DNA of 64,000 nucleotides from Escherichia coli (GTDB lineage Bacteria; Pseudomonadota; Gammaproteobacteria; Enterobacterales; Enterobacteriaceae): NCBI RefSeq assembly GCF_003790525.1, contig NZ_CP033634.1; one strand, 5' to 3'. Shown piece by piece: positions 29,329 to 39,844 of this stretch (position 1 is its first letter; each line of letters starts with the position of its first letter). The notes under the pieces were generated by a model. It saw only the letters and a program-made list of their open reading frames with translations, ran no database searches and was not told where the DNA came from. The position numbers and the translations under genes were made by a program.

Positions 29329-31287
29329 ATGTCAGTTACAGAGTCTAAGACAAAAACGGAGCGTAAATCCAGCCGTAAACCTGCAAAAACGCAGGAAACT
29401 GTCCTGTCTGCCCTGCTGGCGCAGACGGAGGAAGTGAGCGTGCCGCTGGCCTCGCTGATTAAATCACCGCTGAATGTGCGCACGGTGCCGTATTCTGCGG
29501 AGTCCGTCAGCGAACTGGCGGAGTCCATTAAGGGCGTCGGACTGCTGCAGAATCTGGTCGTGCATACCCTGCCAGGTGACCGTTACGGTGTCGCCGCAGG
29601 TGGTCGCCGACTGGCAGCACTCAACATGCTGGCAGAGCGTGGAATCATTCCGGCTGACTGGCCTGTCCGCGTGAAAATTATTCCGCAGGAACTGGCGACG
29701 GCTGCATCGATGACCGAGAACGGTCATCGTCGGGATATGCACCCTGCCGAACAGATTGCCGGATTCCGCGCAATGGCGCAGGAAGGCAAAACACCTGCAC
29801 AAATCGGTGATTTGCTGGGCTATTCACCCCGCCACGTTCAGCGAATGCTGAAACTGGCAGACCTTGCGCCTGTCATTCTCGATGCGCTGGCAGAGGACCG
29901 CATCACCACAGAGCACTGTCAGGCGCTGGCGCTGGAGAACGACACCGCGCGTCAGGTGCAGGTGTTTGAAGCCGCCTGTCAGTCAGGATGGGGCGGTAAA
30001 CCGGAAGTGCAGACCATTCGTCGTCTGGTGACCGAAAGTGAAGTGGCGGTGGCGGGGAACAGTAAATTCCGCTTCGTGGGGGCTGATGCCTTCTCGCCAG
30101 ATGAACTGCGCACCGATTTGTTCAGCGACGACGAGGGTGGCTATGTGGACTGCGTGGCGCTCGATGCCGCCCTGCTGGAAAAACTCCAGGCTGTTGCTGA
30201 ACACCTTCGGGAAGCCGAAGGCTGGGAATGGTGCGCCGGACGTATGGAGCCTGTCGGTTTCTGCCGTGAGGATGCCGGAACATACCGCAGTCTGCCGGAG
30301 CCGGAAGCGGTGCTGACGGAGGCGGAAGAAGAACGCCTGAACGAACTGATGGCACGTTACGACGCGCTGGAAAATCAGTGTGAGGAATCCGACCTGCTGG
30401 AAGCAGAAATGAAGCTGATTGACTGCATGGCGAAGGTCAGGGCGTGGACGCCGGAGATGCGTGCCGGAAGTGGCTTGGTGGTATCCTGGCGTTATGGAAA
30501 CGTATGTGTCCAGCGTGGTGTGCAGTTGCGCAGTGAGGATGACGTGGCTGACGACGCTGGCCGCACGGAACAGGTGCAGGAGAAAGCCTCCGTGGAGGGA
30601 ATCAGTCTGCCGCTGCTGACGAAAATGTCTTCCGAACGCACGCTGGCAGTCCAGGCGGCACTCATGCAGCAACCGGACAAATCCCTGGCACTGCTGGCAT
30701 GGACGCTCTGCCTGAATGTGTTTGGCAGCGGAGCGTACAGTAAACCAGCACAAATCAGCCTGGAATGTGAACATTATTCGCTGACCAGCGATGCGCCATC
30801 GGGGAAGGAAGGTGCCGCATTCATGGCGCTGATGGCAGAAAAAGCCCGTCTTGCTGCCCTGTTGCCGGAGGGATGGGCACGGGACATGACGACGTTCCTG
30901 TCACTCAGTCAGGAGGTGCTGTTATCCCTGCTCAGTTTCTGCACCGCATGCAGCCTTAACGGTGTCCAGACCCGTGAGTGTGGTCACACGTCACGCAGTC
31001 CGCTTGACTCGCTGGAAACCGCTATCGGATTCCACATGCGCGACTGGTGGCAGCCGACAAAAGCAAACTTCTTCGGACACCTGAAAAAGCCGCAGATTAT
31101 CGCAGCCCTGAATGATGCCGGACTGTCCGGTGCCGCACGGGACGCGGAGAAGATGAAGAAAGGCGATGCGGCTGAACATGCAGAGTTCCACATGAAAGAC
31201 AACCGCTGGGTGCCTGGCTGGATGTGTGCACCACGTCCACAGACGGATGCCACTGAACGCACCGCTAACCTGGCTGATGCCGCCTGA
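29329..31287 (+). CDS. ParB-like nuclease-domain protein of the leading region (652 aa)
   Basis: N-terminal ParB/Sulfiredoxin-like region (LQNLVVHTLPGDRYGVAAGGRRLAAL); located upstream of psiB as in F-like plasmids. Confidence 0.8.
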   Translation: MSVTESKTKTERKSSRKPAKTQETVLSALLAQTEEVSVPLASLIKSPLNVRTVPYSAESVSELAESIKGVGLLQNLVVHTLPGDRYGVAAGGRRLAALNMLAERGIIPADWPVRVKIIPQELATAASMTENGHRRDMHPAEQIAGFRAMAQEGKTPAQIGDLLGYSPRHVQRMLKLADLAPVILDALAEDRITTEHCQALALENDTARQVQVFEAACQSGWGGKPEVQTIRRLVTESEVAVAGNSKFRFVGADAFSPDELRTDLFSDDEGGYVDCVALDAALLEKLQAVAEHLREAEGWEWCAGRMEPVGFCREDAGTYRSLPEPEAVLTEAEEERLNELMARYDALENQCEESDLLEAEMKLIDCMAKVRAWTPEMRAGSGLVVSWRYGNVCVQRGVQLRSEDDVADDAGRTEQVQEKASVEGISLPLLTKMSSERTLAVQAALMQQPDKSLALLAWTLCLNVFGSGAYSKPAQISLECEHYSLTSDAPSGKEGAAFMALMAEKARLAALLPEGWARDMTTFLSLSQEVLLSLLSFCTACSLNGVQTRECGHTSRSPLDSLETAIGFHMRDWWQPTKANFFGHLKKPQIIAALNDAGLSGAARDAEKMKKGDAAEHAEFHMKDNRWVPGWMCAPRPQTDATERTANLADAA

Positions 31288-31338
31288 TGAACAACCACAC
31301 CGCCCCGCCGGAGACGGGGCGGCAGAGGGAGAAATACG

Positions 31339-31776
31339 ATGATGAATACCGAACTGACACTGAATGCCCTGCAGTCCATGAATGCCCAGGAATATGAAGA
31401 AATCCGTGCTGCGGGAAGCGATATGCGCCGTAATCTCACTCACGAGGTGATGCGTGAAGTGGACGCACCGGCTAACTGGATGATGAATGGCGAGTATGGC
31501 AGCGAGTTCGGGGGCTTTTTCCCCGTCCAGGTTCGTTTCACGCCAGCCCACGAACGTTTCCACCTGGCATTATGTTCGCCGGGAGACGTCTCTCAGCTCT
31601 GGGTGCTGGTTCTGGTGAATGCCGGTGGTGAGCCGTTTGCGGTGGTTCAGGTGCAGCGGCGGTTTGCACCGGAAGCTGTCAGCCATTCACTGGCACTGGC
31701 GGCGTCACTGGATGCGCAGGGGTACAGCGTTAACGACATCATTCATATCCTGATGGCGGAAGGAGGTCAGGCATGA
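31339..31776 (+). CDS. psiB: PsiB, plasmid SOS-inhibition protein
   Basis: [25 protein letters not shown]...[35 protein letters not shown] matches PsiB. Confidence 0.95.
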   Translation: MMNTELTLNALQSMNAQEYEEIRAAGSDMRRNLTHEVMREVDAPANWMMNGEYGSEFGGFFPVQVRFTPAHERFHLALCSPGDVSQLWVLVLVNAGGEPFAVVQVQRRFAPEAVSHSLALAASLDAQGYSVNDIIHILMAEGGQA

Positions 31777-32492
31777 GCGCACGTTCACAGGCACTGGTTC
31801 CTCTCAGCACAGAGCAACAGGCCGCATGGCGGGCGGTGGCGGAGACCGAAAAACGCCGCCATCAGGGTAACACGCTGGCTGAATATCCGTATGCGGGGGC
31901 GTTTTTCCGCTGTCTGAACGGAAGCCGCAGGATTTCGCTGTCTGACCTGCGATTTTTCATGCCATCCCTGACCGCAGAAGAACTGCACGGCAGCCGTCTT
32001 CAGTGGCTGTATGCCATCGATGTGCTGATTGAAACACAGGGCGAGGTCTGCCTCCTTCCCCTTCCCGGTGATGCAGCAGAGCGCTTGTTCCCGTCGGTGC
32101 GGTTTCGTGTCAGGGAACGCAGTCGCCATAAATCCGCGCTGGTCATGCAGAAGTACAGCCGCCAGCAGGCGAGGGAGGCAGAGCAGAAAGCCCGTGCGTA
32201 CCAGGCGCTGGTCGCTCAGGCTGAAATCGAACTGGCATTCCATTCGCCGGAAACAGTCGGAAGCTGGCATGCACGCTGGAGTGACCGGGTGGCAGAGCAT
32301 GACCTGGAAACCCTGTTCTGGCAGTGGGGCGAGCGTTTTCCGTCACTGGCCGGAATGGAACGCTGGCAGTGGCAGGATATGCCGTTCTGGCAGGTTATTG
32401 CGGAAGCCAGTCTTGCAGCAAGAGAGGCCGGTCACGCTGTCCGTGAGATGGAGCGGTGGATGGTGCCGAACAAACTCCGGGAGGCAGCGTGA
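31773..32492 (+). CDS. psiA: PsiA
   Basis: 239-aa ORF overlapping the psiB stop; conserved psiB-psiA arrangement. Confidence 0.85.
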   Translation: MSARSQALVPLSTEQQAAWRAVAETEKRRHQGNTLAEYPYAGAFFRCLNGSRRISLSDLRFFMPSLTAEELHGSRLQWLYAIDVLIETQGEVCLLPLPGDAAERLFPSVRFRVRERSRHKSALVMQKYSRQQAREAEQKARAYQALVAQAEIELAFHSPETVGSWHARWSDRVAEHDLETLFWQWGERFPSLAGMERWQWQDMPFWQVIAEASLAAREAGHAVREMERWMVPNKLREAA

Positions 32493-32669
32493 TGCGGCAA
32501 CAATCACACGGATTTCCCGTGAACGGTCTGAATGAGCGGATTATTTTCAGGGAAAGTGAGTGTGGTCAGCGTGCAGGTATATGGGCTATGATGTGCCCGG
32601 CGCTTGAGGCTTTCTGCCTCATGACGTGAAGGTGGTTTGTTGCCGTGTTGTGTGGCAGAAAGAAGATAG

Positions 32670-32745
32670 CCCCGTAGTAAGTTAATTTTCATTAACCACC
32701 ACGAGGCATCCCTATGTCTAGTCCACATCAGGATAGCCTCTTACC
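32670..32745 (-). ncRNA. sok: Sok-like antisense RNA (approximate placement)
   Basis: Inferred from the known hok/mok/sok architecture (antisense to the mok initiation region); ends not determined. Confidence 0.35.
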
Positions 32746-32926
32746 GCGCTTTGCGCAAGGAGAAGAAGGCCATGAAACTACCACGAAGTTCCCTTGTCTG
32801 GTGTGTGTTGATCGTGTGTCTCACACTGTTGATATTCACTTATCTGACACGAAAATCGCTGTGCGAGATTCGTTACAGAGACGGACACAGGGAGGTGGCG
32901 GCTTTCATGGCTTACGAATCCGGTAA
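32714..32926 (+). CDS. mok: Mok, modulator-of-killing reading frame overlapping hok
   Basis: 70-aa ORF starting upstream of and overlapping hok in another frame. Confidence 0.65.
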   Translation: MSSPHQDSLLPRFAQGEEGHETTTKFPCLVCVDRVSHTVDIHLSDTKIAVRDSLQRRTQGGGGFHGLRIR

Positions 32927-32930
32927 GTAG
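32772..32930 (+). CDS. hok: Hok-family membrane toxin (52 aa), type I toxin-antitoxin
   Basis: [52 protein letters not shown]; below the ORF-track length cut-off. Confidence 0.9.
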   Translation: MKLPRSSLVWCVLIVCLTLLIFTYLTRKSLCEIRYRDGHREVAAFMAYESGK

Positions 32931-32939
32931 CAACCTGGA

Positions 32940-32961
32940 GGCGGGCGCAGGCCCGCCTTTT
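32940..32961 (+). terminator. Rho-independent terminator after hok
   Basis: GGCGGGC GCAG GCCCGCC followed by TTTT. Confidence 0.65.
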
Positions 32962-33200
32962 CAGGACTGATGCTGGTCTGACTACTGAAGCGCCTTTATA
33001 AAGGGGCTGCTGGTTCGCCGGTAGCCCCTTTCTCCTTGCTGATGTTGTACGGGCATGAACAACCTGACTTCAGGAAGGTCGTTTCCCTTCAGGAACGGGG
33101 ATGAACGCGCGCCTGCGGCGCCCGTTCTTTTCCCCCGCCTTCTCTGGTTACGGCCTGTCAGAAATCACATCACCTTCCCTGTGATTATTCTCTTTTTCTT

Positions 33201-33761
33201 CCTGCTCTGATTCTGACTACTGCAGTGTTGTCCTGTCTGCTGGCGCACCTGCCAGTCTCCGCCGAACCCGCTGGCGCGGTTTCGGGCTGTCGCTACGGTC
33301 CGATGCGTGAAAACCCCGGGCTTGCAGCGACCGTTCCGGTCGCGCCGCCTCTGTCGCGCCGTGGCCTGCGCTCCTGGCATCCCGGCAAAAAGACGCCGGG
33401 ATGTAAGGCGCAACGCCGTTTCGCAAACCGCGCTTCACGTCGTTGCTGCGGGTCCCTGCCCGTTGTTGTGTCCGGTGCCATTCACCTGTTTAAGCCCCTG
33501 TCGCCGGGGGCTGATACAGCCACAACCTGCCGCACTGACTGTCCAGGGTAAATGAACAGCCCACAAAATTTTTTACCCAAAACCCGGTAAAAAATTTTGC
33601 GTTCTGCCCAGGACAGGTGCGTCAGGCCGTGGCAGTGATGCCCCTTGCGGCGAAGGTTCTCAAACAGGTGATGGTGAATACCGGAGGGAACAAAGAGCAG
33701 GTCCCCGCAAAACGTCAAAACCGCGGCTCCCGAAACTCAACAGATGATGGGGGCTGAAAAC
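33201..33761. repeat. Leading-region direct repeat, copy 3 of 3, with an internal deletion of about 70 bp relative to copies 1 and 2
   Basis: Lacks the segment cgggcgcaccttcggctcccggctgcctggcggcatccggtcgtcaggcccgactccgacaggcagctg present in the other copies. Confidence 0.8.
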
Positions 33762-33781
33762 CAGAGAGAGGAGAAAGCTGG

Positions 33782-34068
33782 ATGAGTACCCGAAATATCC
33801 ACGTTAACACCGCGTCGTACACGATTCTTGTTGCCGGGAGGGAAAAAACACCGGGGAAGAGTGGGACGTCCTGGAATTCAGCAGCCTGACTGAGCTGAAA
33901 AAATATCGCAAAAGCCACCCGGAAAAGATGGCCTTCAGCTATAGCTACGCGCTCAGCCGGGGTGTGGATACGCAGTTCCGCCATATCAACATTGCGGAAG
34001 CCGATCACTTCAAACAGTTCCTGCGTCAGATTAAGCGTGCCGGCCTCGATATCCGGGCGATCTGCTGA
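33782..34068 (+). pseudogene. Possible frameshifted small leading-region gene
   Basis: ATG at 33782 opens MSTRNIHVNTASYTILVAGREKTPGK..., stop after 34 codons; a second frame continues ...SSLTELKKYRKSHPEKMAFSYSYALSRGVDTQFRHINIAEADHFKQFLRQIKRAGLDIRAIC to 34068; homopolymer run (gggagggaaaaaac) at the junction. Confidence 0.35.
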
Positions 34069-34186
34069 CCGGATGTGATGAATATCCCTCCTGATTGTTG
34101 CAATCTTGTTAATGGAGATCGGGAGAGATGATATTAAGCGGAAAAATTTTTTATTAAATTTATTCTTTCATAAAGGAGTAGCTGTT

Positions 34187-35008
34187 ATGCGATTAGCTTC
34201 CCGTTTTGGTCGGTATAATTCCATCCGTCGTGAACGTCCTTTAACGGATGATGAATTAATGCAGTTCGTGCCTTCGGTATTTTCCGGTGATAAACATGAG
34301 TCCCGGAGTGAACGTTATACGTATATTCCAACAATCAATATCATCAATAAGTTACGTGATGAAGGTTTCCAGCCATTCTTTGCCTGTCAGAGTCGGGTTC
34401 GTGATTTGGGACGCCGCGAATACAGTAAACATATGTTACGTCTTCGCAGGGAAGGGCATATTAACGGGCAGGAAGTTCCTGAAATTATCCTGCTTAATTC
34501 ACATGATGGTTCATCCAGTTATCAGATGATCCCCGGAATTTTTCGTTTTGTCTGCACAAATGGCCTGGTGTGCGGAAATAATTTTGGCGAAATCCGTGTT
34601 CCACATAAAGGTGATATTGTCGGGCAGGTTATCGAGGGAGCGTATGAAGTGCTCGGTGTCTTTGATAAGGTCACTGATAATATGGAGGCGATGAAAGAAA
34701 TTCATCTTAACAGTGACGAGCAACATTTATTTGGCAGAGCTGCACTGATGGTCAGGTATGAAGATGAAAATAAAACGCCAGTGACACCTGAACAGATAAT
34801 TACTCCCCGTCGTCGGGAAGATAAACAGAACGATCTCTGGACAACCTGGCAGCGGGTTCAGGAGAATATGATAAAAGGTGGATTATCGGGGCGAAGTGCC
34901 TCCGGGAAAAATACCAGGACAAGAGCCATTACAGGTATTGATGGTGATATAAGAATCAACAAGGCGTTATGGGTGATTGCCGAACAGTTCAGAAAGTGGA
35001 AGTCATGA
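34187..35008 (+). CDS. Conserved leading-region protein (DUF932-like), 273 aa
   Basis: ORF with RBS AAAGGAG before MRLASRFGRYNS...; family assignment from memory, tentative. Confidence 0.65.
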   Translation: MRLASRFGRYNSIRRERPLTDDELMQFVPSVFSGDKHESRSERYTYIPTINIINKLRDEGFQPFFACQSRVRDLGRREYSKHMLRLRREGHINGQEVPEIILLNSHDGSSSYQMIPGIFRFVCTNGLVCGNNFGEIRVPHKGDIVGQVIEGAYEVLGVFDKVTDNMEAMKEIHLNSDEQHLFGRAALMVRYEDENKTPVTPEQIITPRRREDKQNDLWTTWQRVQENMIKGGLSGRSASGKNTRTRAITGIDGDIRINKALWVIAEQFRKWKS

Positions 35009-35010
35009 TA

Positions 35011-35054
35011 ATATAAGTAAAGCCCCGAAAAAATTTTCGGGGCTTTACTTATAT
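35011..35054. terminator. 44-bp perfect palindrome, likely bidirectional terminator between convergent genes
   Basis: ATATAAGTAAAGCCCCGAAAA/AATTTTCGGGGCTTTACTTATAT. Confidence 0.7.
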
Positions 35055-35304
35055 TATCATTTTTCGGCATTGCTGTGTCGTCTGATATACCTCAATTTCA
35101 TCGACCGGCTTTCCGGTTGTCTGTAAATATTGTGCCCGCGAAAAATGGTCTGGCAGGAGGCTGCGCAGTTACCGGGTATATATAAGATGGGTTCCCGCTT
35201 CGCGGGGCTTCGGCCAGTCAGTATTGTCACTCATATGATATTTTTGTGTGTGGCCTTCCATGCCGCTTTTGCGGCATAACCGGTATCTGACAATGTCTGT
35301 AAGA

Positions 35305-35814
35305 TTAATTGTTCTGCACGCTGTTAATTTCCGGAAGTGATTTCTTCGTGGCCGGAAGCCGGATACCTTTACTGCTTTTTATCCCGGTATAAATCCGGTA
35401 AACCTCTGATGCGTAGGCAAGACGTCTCTGGTTCTGGCGTTCGGATTTCCTGAATCCTGCATTGTATGCACCAACGGCCTCCCAGGTGACGCCCCATTTT
35501 TTAAATGCTATTGCCAGATAATAAGCACCGGTATAAATGTTCATGCAGGGATCTGTTGTCAGATGTTCTGGCTTAATTCCGTAGCGGGCCAGTTCGTTAA
35601 AATGCTGGGAATCTACCTGCATCAGTCCGCTGCCATATCCCGTTACCGGATTAATACCGATGGCATTAACCCGGTAACGGGATTCTTTCCATGATATTGC
35701 TCTCAGTAAATCAGGATCTATTTTGTAATCCCGGCCTGCAAGATCAAAGCAATCAGTGGCATGGCAGATCTCATTTATAAACATCAGGCAGATGGCTAAC
35801 ATCCATTTTTTCAT
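35305..35814 (-). CDS. Lytic transglycosylase (F orf169 / gene X homologue), 169 aa
   Basis: [10 protein letters not shown]... signal peptide; [14 protein letters not shown] and [12 protein letters not shown]-domain motifs; adjacent to oriT as in F. Confidence 0.9.
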   Translation of the reverse strand: MKKWMLAICLMFINEICHATDCFDLAGRDYKIDPDLLRAISWKESRYRVNAIGINPVTGYGSGLMQVDSQHFNELARYGIKPEHLTTDPCMNIYTGAYYLAIAFKKWGVTWEAVGAYNAGFRKSERQNQRRLAYASEVYRIYTGIKSSKGIRLPATKKSLPEINSVQNN

Positions 35815-35859
35815 TTTTCCACCTCTGGTGACTTTATCCGTAAATAATTTAACCCACTC

Positions 35860-36237
35860 CACAAAAAGGCTCAACAGGTTGGTGGTTCTCACCACCAAAA
35901 GCACCACACACTACGCAAAAACAAGTTTTTGCTGATTTGCCACTTGAATCATTAACTTATGTTTTAAATAATGTATTTTAATTTATTTTACATTATAAAA
36001 AGGATTCATTGGTGAATCGCATATGATTCACCAATGAATTTAACACAACTCATAGATGAATCAGTAATAATAAAACAACGAGTTAAAGCGAATTGACTCT
36101 AGATTCAATTCGTGATGTGATTTGCTGCATGAATCGTAATTTTCGTAACTTGCGTCACGATTCGATTCATCGATGAATTGTCATTTTTTTATATGTGAAA
36201 TAAATTTGATGCGATAAGAAAATAAAGAGGTATACAT
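35860..36237 (-). other. oriT: oriT region with F-type nic site (nick on the minus strand between 35906 and 35905)
   Basis: Minus strand reads GTTTTTGCGTAGTGTGTGGTGCTTTTGGTGGTGAGAACCACC, matching the F oriT nic sequence GGTGT/GGTGCTTTTGG; AT-rich region with inverted repeats before traM. Confidence 0.8.
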
Positions 36238-36621
36238 ATGGCGAAAGTGCAGGCTTATGTCAGTGACGAAATTGTCTATAAAATAAATAAAATTGTGGAA
36301 AGAAGACGTGCAGAAGGAGCTAAAAGTACAGATGTAAGTTTCTCAAGCATATCCACTATGCTTCTCGAATTAGGGCTTCGTGTATATGAGGCTCAGATGG
36401 AGCGTAAAGAGTCAGCGTTCAATCAGGCTGAGTTTAATAAGGTGCTTCTTGAATGTGCGGTAAAAACACAGTCAACAGTTGCTAAGATTTTAGGTATTGA
36501 GTCACTAAGCCCTCATGTTTCCGGGAATCCAAAGTTTGAATATGCGAATATGGTCGAAGATATCAGGGAGAAGGTGTCATCTGAGATGGAGAGGTTCTTT
36601 CCAGAAAATGATGAGGATTAA
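36238..36621 (+). CDS. traM: TraM, relaxosome accessory protein
   Basis: 127 aa, MAKVQAYVSDEIVYKINKIVERRRAEGAKSTDVSFSSISTMLLELGLRVY... Confidence 0.95.
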   Translation: MAKVQAYVSDEIVYKINKIVERRRAEGAKSTDVSFSSISTMLLELGLRVYEAQMERKESAFNQAEFNKVLLECAVKTQSTVAKILGIESLSPHVSGNPKFEYANMVEDIREKVSSEMERFFPENDED

Positions 36622-36737
36622 AAAAGAATTAAAAGTTGATTTGCTTCAAATAACAGGATTTTGATCTGGTTCAATTTGATGACAATTAACCGCATAAAGG
36701 TTATATTAATTACGTGGTTAATGCCACGTTAAAAATT

Positions 36738-36816
36738 GAAACTGAAAATCGCCGATGCAGGGAGTTCAGACCTCCCTGCATCGACTGTCCATAGAATCCT
36801 TAACGGAGGTTCCTAT
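36738..36816 (-). ncRNA. finP: FinP-like antisense RNA to the traJ leader (approximate)
   Basis: Stem-loop GATGCAGGGAG...CTCCCTGCATC in the traJ 5' UTR and a second partial hairpin covering the traJ RBS/start; placement by analogy to F. Confidence 0.45.
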
Positions 36817-37501
36817 GTGTGCGCTGGATCGTAGAGAAAGGCCACTTAACAGTCAATCTGTAAATAAATACATCCTTAACGTTCAGAATATCTACAGAAA
36901 TTCTCCCGTTCCGGTTTGTGTCCGTAACAAAAACCGGAAAATCCTTTATGCCAATGGGGCTTTTATTGAACTCTTTTCCAGAGAAGATAAACCCTTATCC
37001 GGAGAGAGTTATATACGTCTGCAGGTTGAAATTTTTCTTTCATCACTTGAACTGGAATGCCAGGCTCTTGGACATGGCTCTGCATTTTGTCGTCGTTTTA
37101 ATTTTCATGGCGAAATCTATCAGATAAGGATGGAGAATGTTTCTTTTTATAATGACGAATCTGTTGTTTTATGGCAAATTAATCCGTTTCCTGATTATCC
37201 ATTTTTTGCGTTAAATCAGAGTGGAAGTAATACAAATACTTCTGATAAATTAACGATATGGAATGATCTTTCTCCAGGGACATTGGTTGTTTTCTCTTTT
37301 TATATGCTGGGTGTTGGTCACGCAACAATTGCCAGAGAGTTGGGTATTACAGACAGAGCATCTGAGGATCGAATTAAACCAGTTAAACGGAAAATAAAAG
37401 AATTTTTTGAACACTTTGATTTATTCAGAGTGTCATGTATCTATAAAGGAGAAATAGATTCGCTATTAAGTATAATTCGTGAATTTTATAGTATTAAGTA
37501 A
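36805..37501 (+). CDS. traJ: TraJ, transfer operon activator
   Basis: Position between traM and traY; RBS GGAGG before ATG at 36805; HTH-like TIARELGIT; ORF-track entry starts upstream at 36755. Confidence 0.8.
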
Positions 37502-37594
37502 ATGTTAAATAAGGCACGCCAATTTTGGCGTGTTTTTTTTCGTCGGTTTCTGTGCAATCATGATTTTATTAGTCAGGAAACAGAGGTGAATTGA

Positions 37595-37822
37595 GTGAGG
37601 AGGCGTAACGCGAGAGGCGGGATAAGCAGAACAGTCTCAGTGTATCTCGATGAAGATACAAATAACCGACTTATTCGGGCCAAAGATCGTAGCGGTAGAA
37701 GTAAAACTATAGAGGTTCAGATCCGTCTCAGAGATCATCTGAAACGGTTTCCTGATTTCTATAATGAAGAAATATTCAGGGAGGTGATCGAAGAGAACGA
37801 GTCAACATTTAAAGAACTTTAG
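37595..37822 (+). CDS. traY: TraY (GTG start)
   Basis: 75-aa RHH-type protein; position before traA. Confidence 0.85.
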   Translation: MRRRNARGGISRTVSVYLDEDTNNRLIRAKDRSGRSKTIEVQIRLRDHLKRFPDFYNEEIFREVIEENESTFKEL

Positions 37823-37855
37823 TTTTTATCTATCAATATTAAACAGAGGAATCAT

Positions 37856-38215
37856 ATGAATACTGTTTTAAGTGTTCAGGGTGCTTCTGCGCCTGTTGAA
37901 AAGAAATCGTTTTTTTCTAAATTCACTCGTCTGAATATGCTTCGCCTGGTTCGCGCAGTGATCCCGGTTGCTGTTCTGATGATGTTCTTCCCGCAACTGG
38001 CAATGGCAGCACAGGGCCAGGACCTGATGCAGAGTGGTAACTCCACGGTTAAGGCGACCTTCGGTAAGGACTCCAGTGTTGTTAAATGGGTTGTTCTGGC
38101 TGAAGTTCTGGTCGGTGCTGTCATGTACATGATGACCAAAAACGTCAAGTTCCTGGCCGGTTTTGCCATCATCTCTGTATTTATTGCTGTGGGTATGGCC
38201 GTCGTTGGCCTCTGA
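37856..38215 (+). CDS. traA: TraA propilin (F-pilin precursor)
   Basis: [31 protein letters not shown]...[19 protein letters not shown]. Confidence 0.95.
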   Translation: MNTVLSVQGASAPVEKKSFFSKFTRLNMLRLVRAVIPVAVLMMFFPQLAMAAQGQDLMQSGNSTVKATFGKDSSVVKWVVLAEVLVGAVMYMMTKNVKFLAGFAIISVFIAVGMAVVGL

Positions 38216-38229
38216 CAGGAAATAAAACG

Positions 38230-38541
38230 ATGTCGGGAGACGAGAATAAACTTAAGAAATATCGTTTCCCGGAAACACTGACCAACCAGAGCCGCTGGTT
38301 TGGCCTGCCACTGGATGAACTGATCCCCGCAGCAATCTGTGTTGGCTGGGGTATCACAACATCGAAATATCTGTTCGGTATTGGTGCAGCTGTTCTGGTT
38401 TATTTCGGGATTAAAAAACTGAAAAAAGGGCGGGGCAGTTCCTGGTTACGTGACCTGATTTACTGGTATATGCCAACAGCCCTGCTGCGCGGTATTTTTC
38501 ATAATGTTCCCGATTCGTGTTTCCGGCAGTGGATTAAATAG
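38230..38541 (+). CDS. traL: TraL
   Basis: 103 aa, gene order and size. Confidence 0.9.
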   Translation: MSGDENKLKKYRFPETLTNQSRWFGLPLDELIPAAICVGWGITTSKYLFGIGAAVLVYFGIKKLKKGRGSSWLRDLIYWYMPTALLRGIFHNVPDSCFRQWIK

Positions 38542-38562
38542 AACTGATATCAGGATTGTTAT

Positions 38563-39129
38563 ATGGAACACGGTGCCCGTTTAAGTACCAGTCGTGTAAT
38601 GGCCATCGCCTTTATATTTATGTCAGTGCTTATTGTTCTCAGCCTCTCTGTTAACGTCATTCAGGGGGTGAATAACTACCGCCTTCAGAATGAGCAACGC
38701 ACTGCCGTGACGCCAATGGCATTTAATGCCCCCTTTGCCGTGTCACAGAACAGTGCCGACGCCTCTTATTTACAGCAGATGGCGCTGTCATTTATTGCCC
38801 TCCGTCTGAATGTTTCATCAGAAACCGTCGATGCCTCACATCAGGCGCTTCTGCAATATATCCGCCCGGGCGCACAGAACCAGATGAAAGTTATTCTGGC
38901 TGAAGAAGCGAAGCGTATTAAAAACGATAACGTGAACTCAGCCTTTTTCCAGACCAGTGTTCGTGTCTGGCCTCAGTATGGCCGTGTGGAAATTCGTGGT
39001 GTGCTTAAAACCTGGATTGGTGATTCAAAACCTTTCACTGATATCAAACATTACATCCTTATTCTGAAGCGGGAAAACGGGGTGACCTGGCTGGATAATT
39101 TCGGGGAAACAGACGATGAGAAAAAATAA
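38563..39129 (+). CDS. traE: TraE
   Basis: 188 aa, gene order and size. Confidence 0.9.
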   Translation: MEHGARLSTSRVMAIAFIFMSVLIVLSLSVNVIQGVNNYRLQNEQRTAVTPMAFNAPFAVSQNSADASYLQQMALSFIALRLNVSSETVDASHQALLQYIRPGAQNQMKVILAEEAKRIKNDNVNSAFFQTSVRVWPQYGRVEIRGVLKTWIGDSKPFTDIKHYILILKRENGVTWLDNFGETDDEKK

Positions 39130-39844
39130 TACGGCAATAATATTCGGCGGCCTGTTTTTTTCCTGCAGCGTGATGGCCGCAAACGGTACGCTGGCCCCCA
39201 CTGTGGTGCCAATGGTGAACGGTGGTCAGGCCAGTATTGCCATCAGCAATACCAGCCCGAATCTGTTTACCGTTCCCGGTGACCGGATTATCGCCGTGAA
39301 CAGTCTGGATGGTGCCCTGACCAATAATGAGCAGACCTCCTCCGGCGGTGTGGTGGTGGCCACCGTCAACAAAAAGCCCTTTACGTTCATTCTGGAAACA
39401 GAACGTGGTCTGAATCTTTCCATTCAGGCCGTTCCCCGTGAAGGCGCGGGGCGTACCATTCAGCTGGTCAGTGACCTGCGCGGAACCGGAGAAGAAGCCG
39501 GTGCGTGGGAAACGTCCACGCCTTACGAATCCCTGCTTGTGACCATCAGCCAGGCTGTCCGTGGCGGAAAATTACCTGCAGGCTGGTATCAGGTTCCTGT
39601 GACAAAGGAAACCCTGCAGGCCCCGGCGGGGCTGTCTTCAGTGGCAGATGCCGTATGGACGGGGAATCACCTGAAGATGGTCCGCTTTACCGTGGAAAAT
39701 AAAACGCTGTCTGCCCTGAATATCCGGGAAAGTGATTTCTGGCAGCCGGGAACCCGTGCCGTGATGTTCAGCCAGCCTGCCAGCCAGTTACTGGCAGGTG
39801 CGCGCATGGATGTGTATGTCATCCGTGACGGGGAGGGCAACTGA
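39116..39844 (+). CDS. traK: TraK (secretin-like)
   Basis: 242 aa, signal peptide, gene order. Confidence 0.9.
   Translation: MRKNNTAIIFGGLFFSCSVMAANGTLAPTVVPMVNGGQASIAISNTSPNLFTVPGDRIIAVNSLDGALTNNEQTSSGGVVVATVNKKPFTFILETERGLNLSIQAVPREGAGRTIQLVSDLRGTGEEAGAWETSTPYESLLVTISQAVRGGKLPAGWYQVPVTKETLQAPAGLSSVADAVWTGNHLKMVRFTVENKTLSALNIRESDFWQPGTRAVMFSQPASQLLAGARMDVYVIRDGEGN

Noticed and set aside
33715-34008. 97-aa minus-strand ORF
   Set aside because: Antisense to a plus-strand leading-region gene remnant with a proper RBS and start; all other leading-region genes are on the plus strand
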